DNA from: Rhynchopus sp. YZ270_cl-10
Taxonomy: Eukaryota
Direction of reading: 5' to 3'
DNA: 64,000 bases
NCBI GenBank assembly: GCA_964035575.1
Contig: OZ037844.1
Location: 1 to 64,000, forward strand
Translations under genes and position numbers: made by a program
The notes under the pieces: generated by a model
What the model was told of the DNA's origin: nothing
Seen by the model: the letters and a program-made list of their open reading frames with translations, nothing else
Databases searched by the model: none
In this document: positions 46,284 to 57,979 of the stretch, piece by piece
Layout of the letters: every line of letters starts with the position of its first letter
Numbering within the stretch: position 1 is the stretch's first letter

Positions 46284-49054
46284 TCAGACAACAGACTCTT
46301 CCGGTCCAAATGAGGTACACTCATGCGTGCCGTCAGGCGCATTGCAAGACACAGGCTTAGAAGACTTCCTGCACACAAAGAAAACAACAACCACAACAGT
46401 AGCAATAATGAACAGAACAGACAGAATGATGATCAAAGCAATGATGCCGGGTGCAATCCCGTCGCCCCCGTCGTCGTCGTCGATCAAGGGCGACGCAGTT
46501 GCGTCCTCGTACACTGTGGTCGCCACGTTGCTCTCCACAGACTCGACTTTGTAGTCCTTGAGGGTCGTGGGTGACGCGATCTCGGCTTCGACAGCAGCCG
46601 TGACCTTGTCTTCTGTACCGTCGCTCGAGTATGTAGGCTCAAACAGCACGACAGTCCCGTCATCTGCGAGTGCGTCAGAGAAACGTCCTGTCAGTGAGTC
46701 CACAATAGCCTTGCACCCTGCAGCAAGCTTGAGCACAGCTGTGTCCGGGCAGCCCCCAATGCACGCCGCAGCAGGGCACGTCCAGTAGACCTTGAGAGAC
46801 GTGACCAGAGTGGAGAGCAGTGCCTGCAGCAGACGAAGGAACACGGACAAGTCGGTGAGGAGGATGCCCAGGATCAGTTTGAACAGCTTCTTCAGCGTCA
46901 GCACAGCAGGTGCGTTTGTGGCAGGCACGTTTGTGTCGGCACACACGCAGTGTTCTTTGCAGAGCGAGATGTCGAGAATCCCAACACAAAGGTCATCGCA
47001 GTTGATGCTGACCACGGGCACCTTCAGAACCCAGTTCGAGCATGGCGGAAGGGTGGGGCTTGCAGGGACAGGTGTCCTGTCATCCGTGATATCGACGCAT
47101 GCGTCCTGTCCGACACACTCCAGTTTGCATTCCTTGTCAGACGGGGTGTCGCTGTACCGCACGATGGTCATGGCCTTGCAGGATTCCTTGCTCTGGCATT
47201 TGATCGTCAAACTGTGTCTGCGCGGGAATTTGACAGTTGCCTTGAGGCAGGCCTGCACGTTGTCGCACCACAGCACAGAGTCGCCACCTGCGTCGCTGTA
47301 GTCGAACTCTGTTTGCTGGCATGCCTGTGTGTTCGTGCATCTGTGCAGAGTGGACTCGACTGTGTCTTTGATCACGAATGTGTTCGCCTGGCACGACTGC
47401 ACACCATTGCAGTGCACTTCGCAACTGTCAGATGCGCAGCCAATCTTGGACGCCTGGCACGCCTTCTGCCCGTCACAGATGAGCTTCCCCTCCGAAGCCT
47501 TTGCACCCATCCACATCCCGTAGTGCTTCCCGTCGCTGTCGAGGGATTGCGTGTCGGAGTTGATCTGCCTCTGGGAGTATGTCATGAGGCCCTCGCATGC
47601 CAGGTCCTGCACACAGCGGATCTGGCAGTAGTCCCCCACACACTGCAGGTGCGACGCAATGCAGGACTGCTTCCCTCCGCACTCCATGTGGCATCTTGTT
47701 GAGTCGCACACCAGCACAGAGGCTTCGCATGACTTATCCGCATCGCACTTCATAGTGTCGCATGGGTTCGTGTCGCAGACGCAGGTGGAAAATGCGGGAC
47801 ACGAAAAGGCTGCATTACTAGTTGACCGAGGCGCATTTGTGGCAGGAACGTTTGCAGGTGTGTTCGAGAACGTTGGAGTCACAGTGACAGTCTCCGTTGG
47901 TGTGACTGTCATAGTTGCTGTGATTGTGTGATTGGTGTGTTTGTGAACGTTTGGGTCAAAGTGGAAGTCTCCGTTGGTGTGATTTGTGTATGCGAGAACG
48001 TTGGAGTCAGAGTGGAAGTCTTTGTTGGTGTGACTGTCATCGTTGCCGTAATTGGTGTATTCGAGAACGTTGGAGTCACAGTGAACGATTGCGTTGGTGT
48101 GGCGACTGTCATCGTTGATGTTGGTGTGGCAGGTGCGTTTGTGTCGACACACACGCAGTATTCATTGCAGAGCGAGATGTCGAGAATCCCAACACAAAGG
48201 TTATCGCAGTTGATGCTGACCACGGGCACCTTCAGAACCCAGTTCGAGCATGGCGGCAGAGCAGGGACAGGTGTCCTGTCATCCGTGATATCGACGCATG
48301 CGTCCTGTCCGACACACTCCAGTTTGCATTCCTTGTCCGAAGGGGTGTCGCTGTACCGCACGATGGTCATGGCCTTGCAGGATTCCTTGCTCTGGCATTT
48401 GATCGTCAAACTGTGTCTGCGCGGGCATTTGACAGTTGCCTTGAGGCAGGCCTGCACGTTGTCACACCACAGCACAGAGTCGCCACCTGCGTCGCTGTAG
48501 TCGAACTCTGTTTGCTGGCACGCCTGTGTGTTCGTGCATCTGTGCAGCGTGGACTCGACTGTGTTTTTGATCACGAATGTGTTCGCCTGGCACGACTGCA
48601 CACCGTTGCAGTGCACTTCGCAACTGTCAGACGCACAGCCAATCTTGGACGCCTGGCACGCCTTCTGCCCGTCACAGATGAGCTTCCCCTCCGAAGCCTT
48701 TGCACCCATCCACATCCCGTAGTGCTTCCCGTCGCTGTCGAGGGATTGCGTGTCGGAGTAGATCTGCCTCTGGGAGTATGTCATGAGGCCCTCGCATGCC
48801 AGGTCCTGCACACAGCGGATCTGGCAGTAGTCCCCCACACACTGCAGGTGCGACGCAATGCAGGACTGCTTCCCTCCGCACTCCATGTGGCATCTTGTTG
48901 AGTCGCACACCAGCACAGAGGCTTCGCATGACTTATCCGCATCGCACTTCATAGTGTCGCATGGGTTCGTGTCGCAGACGCAGGTGGAAAATGCGGGGCA
49001 CGAAAAGGCTGCAGTACTTATTGCCAGACACAGAAGCAGTGCCACAGACCTCAT
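46284..49054 (-). pseudogene. Cys-rich membrane protein copy 3 with doubled ectodomain and Thr-rich linker, frameshifted
   Basis: ORFs 47909-49054 and 46284-48152 join into 920 aa if one copy of the 8-bp duplication at 47919-47934 is removed. Confidence 0.8.
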
Positions 49055-51002
49055 TGTTTTGAATGTGTTCGATATTTGAAGCTATGGTGAGTGGTTGGAA
49101 AAGGTGGCGTTTGCTGAGCTTGTTTGTCGGGGCAACGAGAGGAGTAAAAGTACTGAGCGAGGAGGTGCGTTTTCGTTACTAGTAAGGGGCTTTTCTGATT
49201 TATGAGGATTTCATTTTCTTCTCTTTTGAAATACATTTTTGAGAAAAAAGGTCGTGCCGAAAAACCACTCAATAGAGTACGTGGAATGCAGATTTGAATT
49301 CACACCAAATTTCACTGACAAGATTATGTGTCTTGAGATATTGTGGATGTGGATTATGTTGACAAAATGAAATTGTAACAACTCAAAAACAAAACTTCAT
49401 CAGTGACTCAATCAAGAAGCCTAAATGATTCTCAGATACGCTCCCAGAAGGAAAAAAAACACAAAGCTCATTTGAGAAGTTGTTAAAAACAGTTCAAAAC
49501 TGAAAAATCAGGGCACTTAGGTAACTCGCAAACCCGTAAAAAATAAAGTAAAAAATGTGCGGTGCCTTTTTTGCCACCTCCTACACAATGTGCCGAAGCC
49601 TTTTGTACTACGGAAGGTACAGACGTAGTTCGTCTTCAGCCCTTCAGAGCTTATATAACACAGGACCCTTCCCAGGGTACTCCTTACGAGTGTAATTCAC
49701 TATTGTGAGGATACCCTTTAAAAGGAAGGCTATGGTGGAGTCCGGTCGAGAGCCGTAACCACCAAAGGTACTTTGATTGGAAAACAGAAAATCGAAGCAA
49801 ATGGGGAGTCTGCACACTACAAAGTGTGGCAAAGATCAGACTAATATGCACGCAAAACCCGAGGGGGGAGCAAAAGTCGCAGAGAAGTTGCGCGATCGTC
49901 AGTGCTGAGTGCACCCACGTGACGCAGAGAGCTAAATAGTGGAAAACGCAGAAGAAAAAAATACACTTTTTACAAAATGTTATTTTCCCTCAAAAAGAAC
50001 CTAAAAATTGGAAGGAAAAAAATAAGTGTCATTTACATGACTACGCACCTTTGGGCCACACCATACCACTCAAGCTATGCTGTGTGCCTTCAAAGTAAAG
50101 CCTGGTACCCACTACGCATACATGGTATAAAAAAAAAACGAATAAAAAACAGAAGTTGATAAGACACACCTCCTGCTCAGTCACCAATGGTTAGCATAAA
50201 AATGGGTCGCAAAAAATAACAACAATAATCAATCGCGGGACAAAAAAAAAGAAAAGAGTAGTTGAAAACGTACTAAAACGCAGCTCGGTCGTTCATGCAA
50301 AGGGTGGGTATATGTTCCGTACCGTAAGAGAACGGAGGCTGTTCACAACAGCTCGAAAATCACACAACCTCTTTTACCCCCTGGCCGAAACGGCCAATAT
50401 ATGAGCTTGGTTCACGATAGTCACCGTGGAGCAGAGCAGGAGACCCTAAAGGCAAGCACGGCACAGTGCGTCAACTCGCAAAAGAAAGAAAGGAGCCTCG
50501 TAGGCTATCGACTCGATAGCCCAAAGATGCTGTATGTTTGGTTGAAAGTGGTTCGTTATATTCGTACACGTTTTATTGTTCAATCACGACTGCAGTGTTC
50601 GCACGCGAAAAAGCACTACCCTACAAATACGAAGGAAATCAAAAGAAAATTTCGGAGGTGATTCACGAGTCACCATAAAGTTGTACTGCACAAATGAAAA
50701 AAATACAAAAATGAAAAAAATGAAAACAAAAACCTGAAATACAAAGCCGCTATGAAAGAAGAAGAAAAAGAAACAACAAATGGGAATGGAAGAGCTTTCA
50801 TGAAAAGGGGAACTCGGGTGGGTCATACGGTGCAGACAGCTAGCGAATAATCGGAGTTACGCTATCAACTTCCAAAAAAACAAAACAGAAAAAAAAAACA
50901 TTTTTTGTTCCCTCAAACAAGAATAGGGAAACAAGGGAACTGGTGTAGAACCCCGCCACGAAGCATAACAAGAACACGTGGTATGAGGCAGTGCCGATGT
51001 AA

Positions 51003-53831
51003 TCACGCATCGTCTGCCGCAACAACTTGGAGCCCACAACACGTGCACAGGGCATTTCCACTCATGTCTGGCATGTAAGAGATGGGAATAGGACTGGCAA
51101 GGCACTCCTGCCGCGCACACAGGTCGATGCGTGTCCTCAGCTCTATGTCGTGTGCTGTGTCGGACTTGTCCAGGGACGCGTACGCATCGCGCACAGAGGT
51201 TGTATAGAGGAAAGTCACAGCGTCGTTGTACCGTGTGTACAGTGCACGGTTTTCGCCTTCCTCCAGAGCGTACATCCACTCCTCAGCCTTCGCCTCGTTC
51301 ACGTTCACAACTTCGTACAAGTCAAGTCTGCTCTTCTCCGACACAGCAACACGTGTAATAGCACGTATGTCCATGTCTGCCGTGTCCTGACACATCTTCC
51401 GATCGACGAGATTGCGCAGTCCCCAGGCTTTGCACCAACGTTCAATCACCCACACATGTGCACAGCACGTACCGATGATCCCGTAACGCATCAACCCTTT
51501 GCAACCAATGTTTCCGCAGAGCACAGTGCCAGACAGCGCAGCACCGTTCACAGACAAAGTGTCGTCTGACTCACCGAACCTCAGCAGGGATGTGACCTTG
51601 TGGAGACACGTGACACAGTTGACACGATGTCCCCCCGTCTGCACTGTGGTGTTGAACGAAACGTGCACCTTGTCTCCATTCACTTCGTCCACCACACCAC
51701 GGTGGTTGTTCGACGCCTCTAACACCTTTGCCAGATAGACGACGTGAACCGAGCGCGCGTTGCTCCGAGTCGACAGCATGGAACCAATGAAGCCGGACAC
51801 GTTTGTCACCAGCACTGACACAGCTCTCTTTGCAAGATCTGTTGACATGTTCACCTGCTTCCTCTGCATCATCATGCTTTGGTTGCTGCACTTCGAAGAC
51901 GACCGTGCAGACGACCGCGACTTTTCACTGGATGCACGGCTACTGGAGGTTACCCTTGTCGTGTGTGTATCCTCCCCGCAGCTTGACTCAGGCTCTTCAT
52001 TCGTCTTGAACAGCGACTGCGGCATGTACGCTTTGTACTCCTCAAGTCTGTTGATGATCTGGATGAACGCCTTTTGGATCTGGTTTGGGTTGCTCAGCTC
52101 CCGCAGGTACTCGACTTGCTCCAACTGCATCGACGCAATGGCCTTCGCACACCGAATCGCAACAGTGTTGTTGTCAAACTGCAACTTGTACGCACGTTGG
52201 CTCATCTGGTACTTGTACAGAAGCACCACAATCGCCACCACCACAAGCACACACCCCACAGCTATCACAATGTAGTGCCACGTCTCCAGTGAGCTGCCCT
52301 GCGACACAGTTGTCACAACCTGGCTGTAGGGAGGGAGGCCAATTGTGGCCCGGTACAGGTCACGCATCTGCTCAAAGCCGTGCTTCTCGATGCGTGACCA
52401 CCACATGTCGCGCAGCATCACCAGCGCCTCGTCCACAGTCTTCCCGTTGCTCACAGCCTCGCCCAGCGCAATACCCACGTCAACTGCGTAGAACGCTCCG
52501 TCGGGAAGTTGGATGTCAGGTGCAATGTTCTTGTCGCCCACGTTCGTGATCTTCGTCGTCTCAAGGAACTCATCTGTGATCCATGTCCCAAACAGCTTCT
52601 CCCACTCAGCATGGACCATGTGGGTCTGCCGGAAGGGTTCAAATGCATCTGTCGTTTCTGAGATGACCAACTCCTTCGACTGCTCAGGGCCATTCACAAA
52701 GGCCATGAAATCAAAGGTGGCGTCAATATGCTGGCTGTGGTTCCCAATCACCATTGTGTACCCACCGTTCAGTGCAGCGTACGGGGTCACATTGATCTTC
52801 TCCCCATTGCGCCCTTTTGTTGCGTACGGGCACACACTCGGATCAGATGCACACTCTGTGAGCTTCCCGTCCACATCCACAGACGTCGACCCAGGGAAGG
52901 GGAACATGCGCACCTTCTCCTTCCGGGATCCAATCCACGTGTTGTTGAAGTACCGGTCCTGCATCACACCCCCAAGCCAGTTCACAACAAAGACACACGA
53001 CCCAGCAGCCCAGCGCCACCGTGGGTGTGTCATTGCCGTCTCCCCGTTCGGAAACAGATTGCAGTGGTTCTCTGGCTCACGTGTACCTGACCTCCAGACA
53101 CGCACAGCCTGCGAGAATCCACGTCTGAAGCCCTCTGCCTGCACGTTCGGCTCCATCGTGACGGGGTCGAAGAAGTATCCCTGCTCCGAACCCTTGCTCT
53201 GCATGTACGTCACTATGAACTGCATCGTGTTCTCGCCGTTCACAAGTGTCGTCAGAATGTCGTCAGTGGGTCCGATGCACTCACACCAGCCGCGGTCGGG
53301 AATCCCGTCACCGTTGATGTCCTTCCCGTCGTAGAACTCAACCATCTCCACCAACTCGTCGATAGTCTGTGGCTCCTGCCCACGTGGGAAGAGGTCTGCA
53401 CGCGAGAACACCCCCAGCAGGCCACCATCGGCAGGCATCCCCCATGTGCGCTTGTTGTATGCTGAGTTGTAGTCACGGAAGAACTTCAAGTAGTCGTCCC
53501 AGGCAAGGTTGTCGTCCGCACGCACACGGTCTGTCATGTCCACGAGGTAGCCGTAGTGTGCTGCCTCCTTCATCGTGTTCGCGAGGATCATGTACCCGTC
53601 GTGGCCGAACCCACGTTCCGACTCCGACTTCATCATCGGAACCAGCGACACGCTGTTGTCCGCAACAAGCGTCACGTTCAGGCCCGTCTTGTCGTAGTAC
53701 CGCAGCGCGAACTTCTCAATGGCAAGCTTTGCCCAGTCGCTCATGACAATCTTGATGTTCACCCCATCCCACTTCTTCGCGTCCACAGGCAGGCACAGGC
53801 CCAGCAGCACCACCAGCAGAGGTCTCCACAT
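51003..53831 (-). CDS. Receptor: signal peptide + extracellular solute-binding (sugar ABC SBP-like) domain + TM + degenerate class III nucleotidyl cyclase
   Basis: SBP-like YLVDMTDRV..WDDY..WGMPADGG..SRADLF..PQTIDEL. TM WHYIVIAVGCVLVVVAIVVLLY. Cyclase-like VSVLVTNVSGF, VNGDKVHVSFN, CGNIG..RYGIIG. Confidence 0.8.
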   Translation of the reverse strand: MWRPLLVVLLGLCLPVDAKKWDGVNIKIVMSDWAKLAIEKFALRYYDKTGLNVTLVADNSVSLVPMMKSESERGFGHDGYMILANTMKEAAHYGYLVDMTDRVRADDNLAWDDYLKFFRDYNSAYNKRTWGMPADGGLLGVFSRADLFPRGQEPQTIDELVEMVEFYDGKDINGDGIPDRGWCECIGPTDDILTTLVNGENTMQFIVTYMQSKGSEQGYFFDPVTMEPNVQAEGFRRGFSQAVRVWRSGTREPENHCNLFPNGETAMTHPRWRWAAGSCVFVVNWLGGVMQDRYFNNTWIGSRKEKVRMFPFPGSTSVDVDGKLTECASDPSVCPYATKGRNGEKINVTPYAALNGGYTMVIGNHSQHIDATFDFMAFVNGPEQSKELVISETTDAFEPFRQTHMVHAEWEKLFGTWITDEFLETTKITNVGDKNIAPDIQLPDGAFYAVDVGIALGEAVSNGKTVDEALVMLRDMWWSRIEKHGFEQMRDLYRATIGLPPYSQVVTTVSQGSSLETWHYIVIAVGCVLVVVAIVVLLYKYQMSQRAYKLQFDNNTVAIRCAKAIASMQLEQVEYLRELSNPNQIQKAFIQIINRLEEYKAYMPQSLFKTNEEPESSCGEDTHTTRVTSSSRASSEKSRSSARSSSKCSNQSMMMQRKQVNMSTDLAKRAVSVLVTNVSGFIGSMLSTRSNARSVHVVYLAKVLEASNNHRGVVDEVNGDKVHVSFNTTVQTGGHRVNCVTCLHKVTSLLRFGESDDTLSVNGAALSGTVLCGNIGCKGLMRYGIIGTCCAHVWVIERWCKAWGLRNLVDRKMCQDTADMDIRAITRVAVSEKSRLDLYEVVNVNEAKAEEWMYALEEGENRALYTRYNDAVTFLYTTSVRDAYASLDKSDTAHDIELRTRIDLCARQECLASPIPISYMPDMSGNALCTCCGLQVVAADDA

Positions 53832-53868
53832 GTCGCAAATGAACTGAACGGGTGGTGTTGGCAGGGGA

Positions 53869-54388
53869 GGGAAGAGGGAATAGTTCAGAAAAAGAGGAGG
53901 GGGAAGAGGGAATAGTTCAGAAAAAGAGGAGGGGGAAGAGGGAATAGTTCAGAAAAAGAGGAGGGGGAAGAGGGAATAGTTCAGAAAAAGAGGAGGGGGA
54001 AGAGGGAATAGTTCAGAAAAAGAGGAGGGGGAAGAGGGAATAGTTCAGAAAAAGAGGAGGGGGAAGAGGGAGTAGTTCAGAAAAAGAGGAGGGGGAAGAG
54101 GGAATAGTTCAGAAAAAGAGGAGGGGGAAGAGGGAATAGTTCAGAAAAAGAGGAGGGGGAAGAGGGAATAGTTCAGAAAAAGAGGAGGGGGAAGAGGGAA
54201 TAGTTCAGAAAAAGAGGAGGGGGAAGAGGGAGTAGTTCAGAAAAAGAGGAGGGGGAAGAGGGAATAGTTCAGAAAAAGAGGAGGGGGAAGAGGGAATAGT
54301 TCAGAAAAAGAGGAGGGGGAAGAGGGAATAGTTCAGAAAAAGAGGAGGGGGAAGAGGGAATAGTTCAGAAAAAGAGGAGGGGGAAGGG
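53869..54388. repeat. 32-bp minisatellite x16 directly upstream of the receptor gene
   Basis: Unit aatagttcagaaaaagaggagggggaagaggg; tagttcag recurs every 32 bp from 53881 to 54361. Confidence 0.97.
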
Positions 54389-54730
54389 ATACGAAGATAT
54401 TCAAAAGAAACACAACGTTGACTAAAATTCAGTTCCATAAGACTCAGAAAGCTTGTATCGGTTGCGAAAAGTAAGTTGAAAACAGGAAAATATGCCAAAA
54501 ACGAAATATGACCGAATACAAAGCCACACGGGTTCTTTCCAGAGTCATGTTAGATGTCAGGGACGAGAAGTGGAAGTGCTCGCACCCCATACTGCCATCG
54601 ACGCTGGCCCGAGGAGCTCTGCCCCCAAATAGGCTTTCTGGACCAATGCGCATTAGGTAGGCTTGCTTGCAGCTGGTGTCAACCTTCCTCTGAAGTCTGC
54701 CCACCAAATGTGGTCAACGCGTCCACAGCA

Positions 54731-56095
54731 TCATTCTGCACCGTGCTTCAGGAGAACCTGCACCACGTCTGCATGTTGTTTCTGCCTCGCAAAGTACAAC
54801 GCAGTGTGGCCCGAAAAATTTCTGTGGTTCACATCCACCTCCCGCAAGCCAACGAGGTAGCGCACAGTCTCGGTGTGTCCATGGTGTGCCGCAAACACAA
54901 GACTTGTTTCGCTCTTGCAGTCCACCGCACACACATCCGCCCGAGCTTCCACCAACATCTGTACAACTTTTTGTCCCCCAACCTCACAAGCCCAGTGAAG
55001 AGGTGTGTTTCCGACGCTATTCTTGGCCTCAACATCTGCCCCTGCATCAATGAGCAGCTGCACCACATCTGAGTGGTTCTGTAACACTGCGCGGTGCAGT
55101 GGAGTGGAGCCCCTGTTATTTGACTGATTCACGTCCACCTCAGGCATGCACAGAAGAGTACGTACAGTCTCGGTGTGTCCCAAATATGACGCAAGGGAAA
55201 CACATGTCTCTCCTTTGTTGTCTGTGACACACACGTCCGCACCTGCTTTTAGCAGCACCTTCCCAACACGGAAATTCCCACACAGGCTCGCCAAGAGGAG
55301 TGGCGAACGTCCGTTACTATTCTTCACCTCCATATCTGCCCCTGCATCAATGAGCAGCTGCACCACATCTGCATGATTTTGCTGAGCTGCTGAGAGCAAC
55401 GCAGTGTAGCTGTCCTCAGCCTTGGAACTCACGTCCACATCTTTCACACCCACAAGATAGCGCACAGTCTCGGTGTGTCCATGATGTGCCGCAAAAATAA
55501 GACATGTGTTTCCGTAGTTGCACGCACCACACACTTCCGCACCTGCTTCAACCAAAATTCTCGCAACTGCAAGTGCTCCTGAATGGCAAGACCAGTGCAG
55601 AGGCGAACGTCCCATGTCGTCCTTTGTCTCGATGTCTGCCCCTGCATCAATGAGCACCTGACACACTGCAGGGTCCTCCCACATGGCTGGACAGGGAAGC
55701 GGTGCCTGACCTCCGCTGTCTTCCTTGGACTGGAGAGGCACAAACGCAACGTTGCTGCAGACAGCCTTCCAATGCTGCAAGAGGACCTCCGTGCACGCAG
55801 TGTGGTCTGCGTGGATGCACTCACTCAGCAGCATCCCGAAGCCCATCTGCGTTGTCTCAACATACAGAAGAAGCAGTGCGAGGCATTCATCGTGGTTCCC
55901 TCTGCATGCCTCGTGCACAGCATCGAAGGCAACCGTTTTGCTGTCTGTGTCTGGGCTGAGCTTCTCAAGTCCCGCCCGCACGGCAGTCGTGTCGCCGTTC
56001 CTGGCAGCCTCCACCAAGACCTCTTCTGCAGAAAGCTCTCTTCTCTTTGGTGCCTTCTCGTCAGGCGTGCTGCCTGCGTGTTGCTCCTTCGACAT
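54731..56095 (-). CDS. Ankyrin-repeat protein
   Basis: Repeated G.SPLH.A..G..VV..LL.AGAD units; basic APKRR near the N-terminus. Confidence 0.93.
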   Translation of the reverse strand: MSKEQHAGSTPDEKAPKRRELSAEEVLVEAARNGDTTAVRAGLEKLSPDTDSKTVAFDAVHEACRGNHDECLALLLLYVETTQMGFGMLLSECIHADHTACTEVLLQHWKAVCSNVAFVPLQSKEDSGGQAPLPCPAMWEDPAVCQVLIDAGADIETKDDMGRSPLHWSCHSGALAVARILVEAGAEVCGACNYGNTCLIFAAHHGHTETVRYLVGVKDVDVSSKAEDSYTALLSAAQQNHADVVQLLIDAGADMEVKNSNGRSPLLLASLCGNFRVGKVLLKAGADVCVTDNKGETCVSLASYLGHTETVRTLLCMPEVDVNQSNNRGSTPLHRAVLQNHSDVVQLLIDAGADVEAKNSVGNTPLHWACEVGGQKVVQMLVEARADVCAVDCKSETSLVFAAHHGHTETVRYLVGLREVDVNHRNFSGHTALYFARQKQHADVVQVLLKHGAE

Positions 56096-56390
56096 GGTTT
56101 GTGAAGATGTTGATATTCAATGTTGTGTCTTTTATGCTGTTTCTTGTGGAGGTTGTGAGGTGAGTGGTGGGTGTCCTTGAATCTTCCACTCTCCCCTGAG
56201 AAACACAACCATAGTGGGAACAAAATCAGGTGCTGTAGTGACCTCACGGGCGACCCTCAGGGAAGACATGAGAGAAACATGTTTGTACTAAGGGGTAGGG
56301 CAGTGGGGGGCTTCAGTATTGCTCAAGGGGAGTGTGCTCTCCACAAGGCGTTGTCTCATTTTGTATAGGGTGCGAGCGGAAAAGCATATA

Positions 56391-56579
56391 CTGACCCTCC
56401 CCCTTGAAATGGTCCCCCTTGGGGGGAAAGTGGGGGGGAAAGAGTGTGAGAAAAACCCTCTACTTCACCAGACACCAATGGCTCGAACCGAAATTGTCCC
56501 CCCTCTGACCCCCTTGAAATTGTCCCTGGGGGCAAAATGCTTTTTAGGGGGGGGGGACAATTTCACAGGGGAGGGTAGG
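56391..56579. mobile_element. Diverged member of the TA-flanked MITE family
   Basis: ctgaccctcccccttgaaatggtcccc ... ggggacaatttcacaggggagggtagg, with TA on both sides. Confidence 0.7.
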
Positions 56580-56712
56580 TATATTATTAACACTAAAAGG
56601 CTCCCATACACACGCAGAGCACATTGCTTTGCACCACCCGATCACTGACAGCGCGGTCTGTACACTTCGGTGACCACCTTTTGAATCACCCATTGTAAAT
56701 GCGCTTTCACAC

Positions 56713-57822
56713 TCAATCCGAGTCCCAGTGGTGGAGATCCCTGACTGCAAGCATGTTGTCTTCGTCAGACTCGAAGAGAACGTGGCGTGAGCAGGCCGAG
56801 ATGACGATATCTTCATAACAGCCTCGTACGGTGTGGAGAAGGGACCCGGTGCGGATGCAGTACTGGTACACCGTTGCGCGACAGATGCTGAGGAGCGTGC
56901 GGCCGTCGGGGGTGAAATGCAGGACAGAGCCGTACCCTGCGTCCTGGTCAACCGTGAAGGGCGTGCGAGTGTAGTCTTCAAGGCTGAAGAGGCTGATCTC
57001 GCCAGGTTCCTGCACCGCAAGCTGCGTCCCACACGGCGATATCGCTACACCACCCAGGTCGCACTCAGACATGAGCACCTTCTCGTCCCCAGGCACAGAC
57101 ACATTGTGCACCAGAACATCCAAACCACCCTCCCCCACCGTCGCCAGCACCTCCCCACACCGCGATACCGCAAAGCACGCACACTTTGGGCGGTCCACCT
57201 GCAGCACCTCCCGCAGCGCACTGTCATACACCGTCACACCTTTCATGTGCAGCACGAACACACGGTCCTGCGCTGCGGCCAGACCGGCTGTTCCGTAGGA
57301 GAACACAACTTCATTTGATTGACTTCGCCCTTCGGTGGTGTCCATCTGCACCAAGGTGTCATCCATGATGACGTACACCCAGGCAAGGCAGGGCGAGACC
57401 GCCAGGTGGGAACAATTTGTATTTGGCTTGGCGACACAGAAGGGAAGTGCTCGGAGCTCCCCTGTCACGGTGTCCATGGTGGCAATGGTGGCGTCGTCGT
57501 AGCCAATGTAACAGAGCTGCCCACAGGAACTGAGCGCAAAGCTCCAGAGGTACTTCTCGAAGTAGCAGTCGTACGGAGAGCGTACTAAGGGGAAGGGCAC
57601 CGCACGCAGCGAGAGGTGTTCGCCTGCGCACAGTGCGGTGTCTTGGAGCGACGTTGCGTCAGGTAGGGGTGCCGAGGTGCCAGCCACGCACAGCACCGTG
57701 GACGCAGCGTTTGCGCCAAATGCACTACAGGCACGCTGCCTCAGCTCGGCAACAGATCCGTTCAAAGGCACCTCAAAACCCTGCACATCACCAGTCACAT
57801 CCCATTCCACAGTCACCTCCAT
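56713..57822 (-). CDS. Ubiquitin-like N-terminal domain + WD40-like beta-propeller
   Basis: N-terminus FEVPLNGSVAELRQRAC..LPDATSLQDTALCAGEHLSL. Blades ALSSCGQL, AVSPC, AVSRCGEVL, AISPCGTQL, HFTPDGRTL. Confidence 0.75.
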   Translation of the reverse strand: MEVTVEWDVTGDVQGFEVPLNGSVAELRQRACSAFGANAASTVLCVAGTSAPLPDATSLQDTALCAGEHLSLRAVPFPLVRSPYDCYFEKYLWSFALSSCGQLCYIGYDDATIATMDTVTGELRALPFCVAKPNTNCSHLAVSPCLAWVYVIMDDTLVQMDTTEGRSQSNEVVFSYGTAGLAAAQDRVFVLHMKGVTVYDSALREVLQVDRPKCACFAVSRCGEVLATVGEGGLDVLVHNVSVPGDEKVLMSECDLGGVAISPCGTQLAVQEPGEISLFSLEDYTRTPFTVDQDAGYGSVLHFTPDGRTLLSICRATVYQYCIRTGSLLHTVRGCYEDIVISACSRHVLFESDEDNMLAVRDLHHWDSD

Positions 57823-57979
57823 TTAAAATGAAACCAAAAAAGTAAAATATGGTTAGGGAGTATAGTTTCTGAGTGGGTTGGAATAAGGGGGTTAAGTGAG
57901 TCAATGGACTAAGGAAGACGGTCAAAAGCAATACTGCCGAAAAGTGAAAAGTAGTGAAAATTTACAGTCAGTCAGTCAG

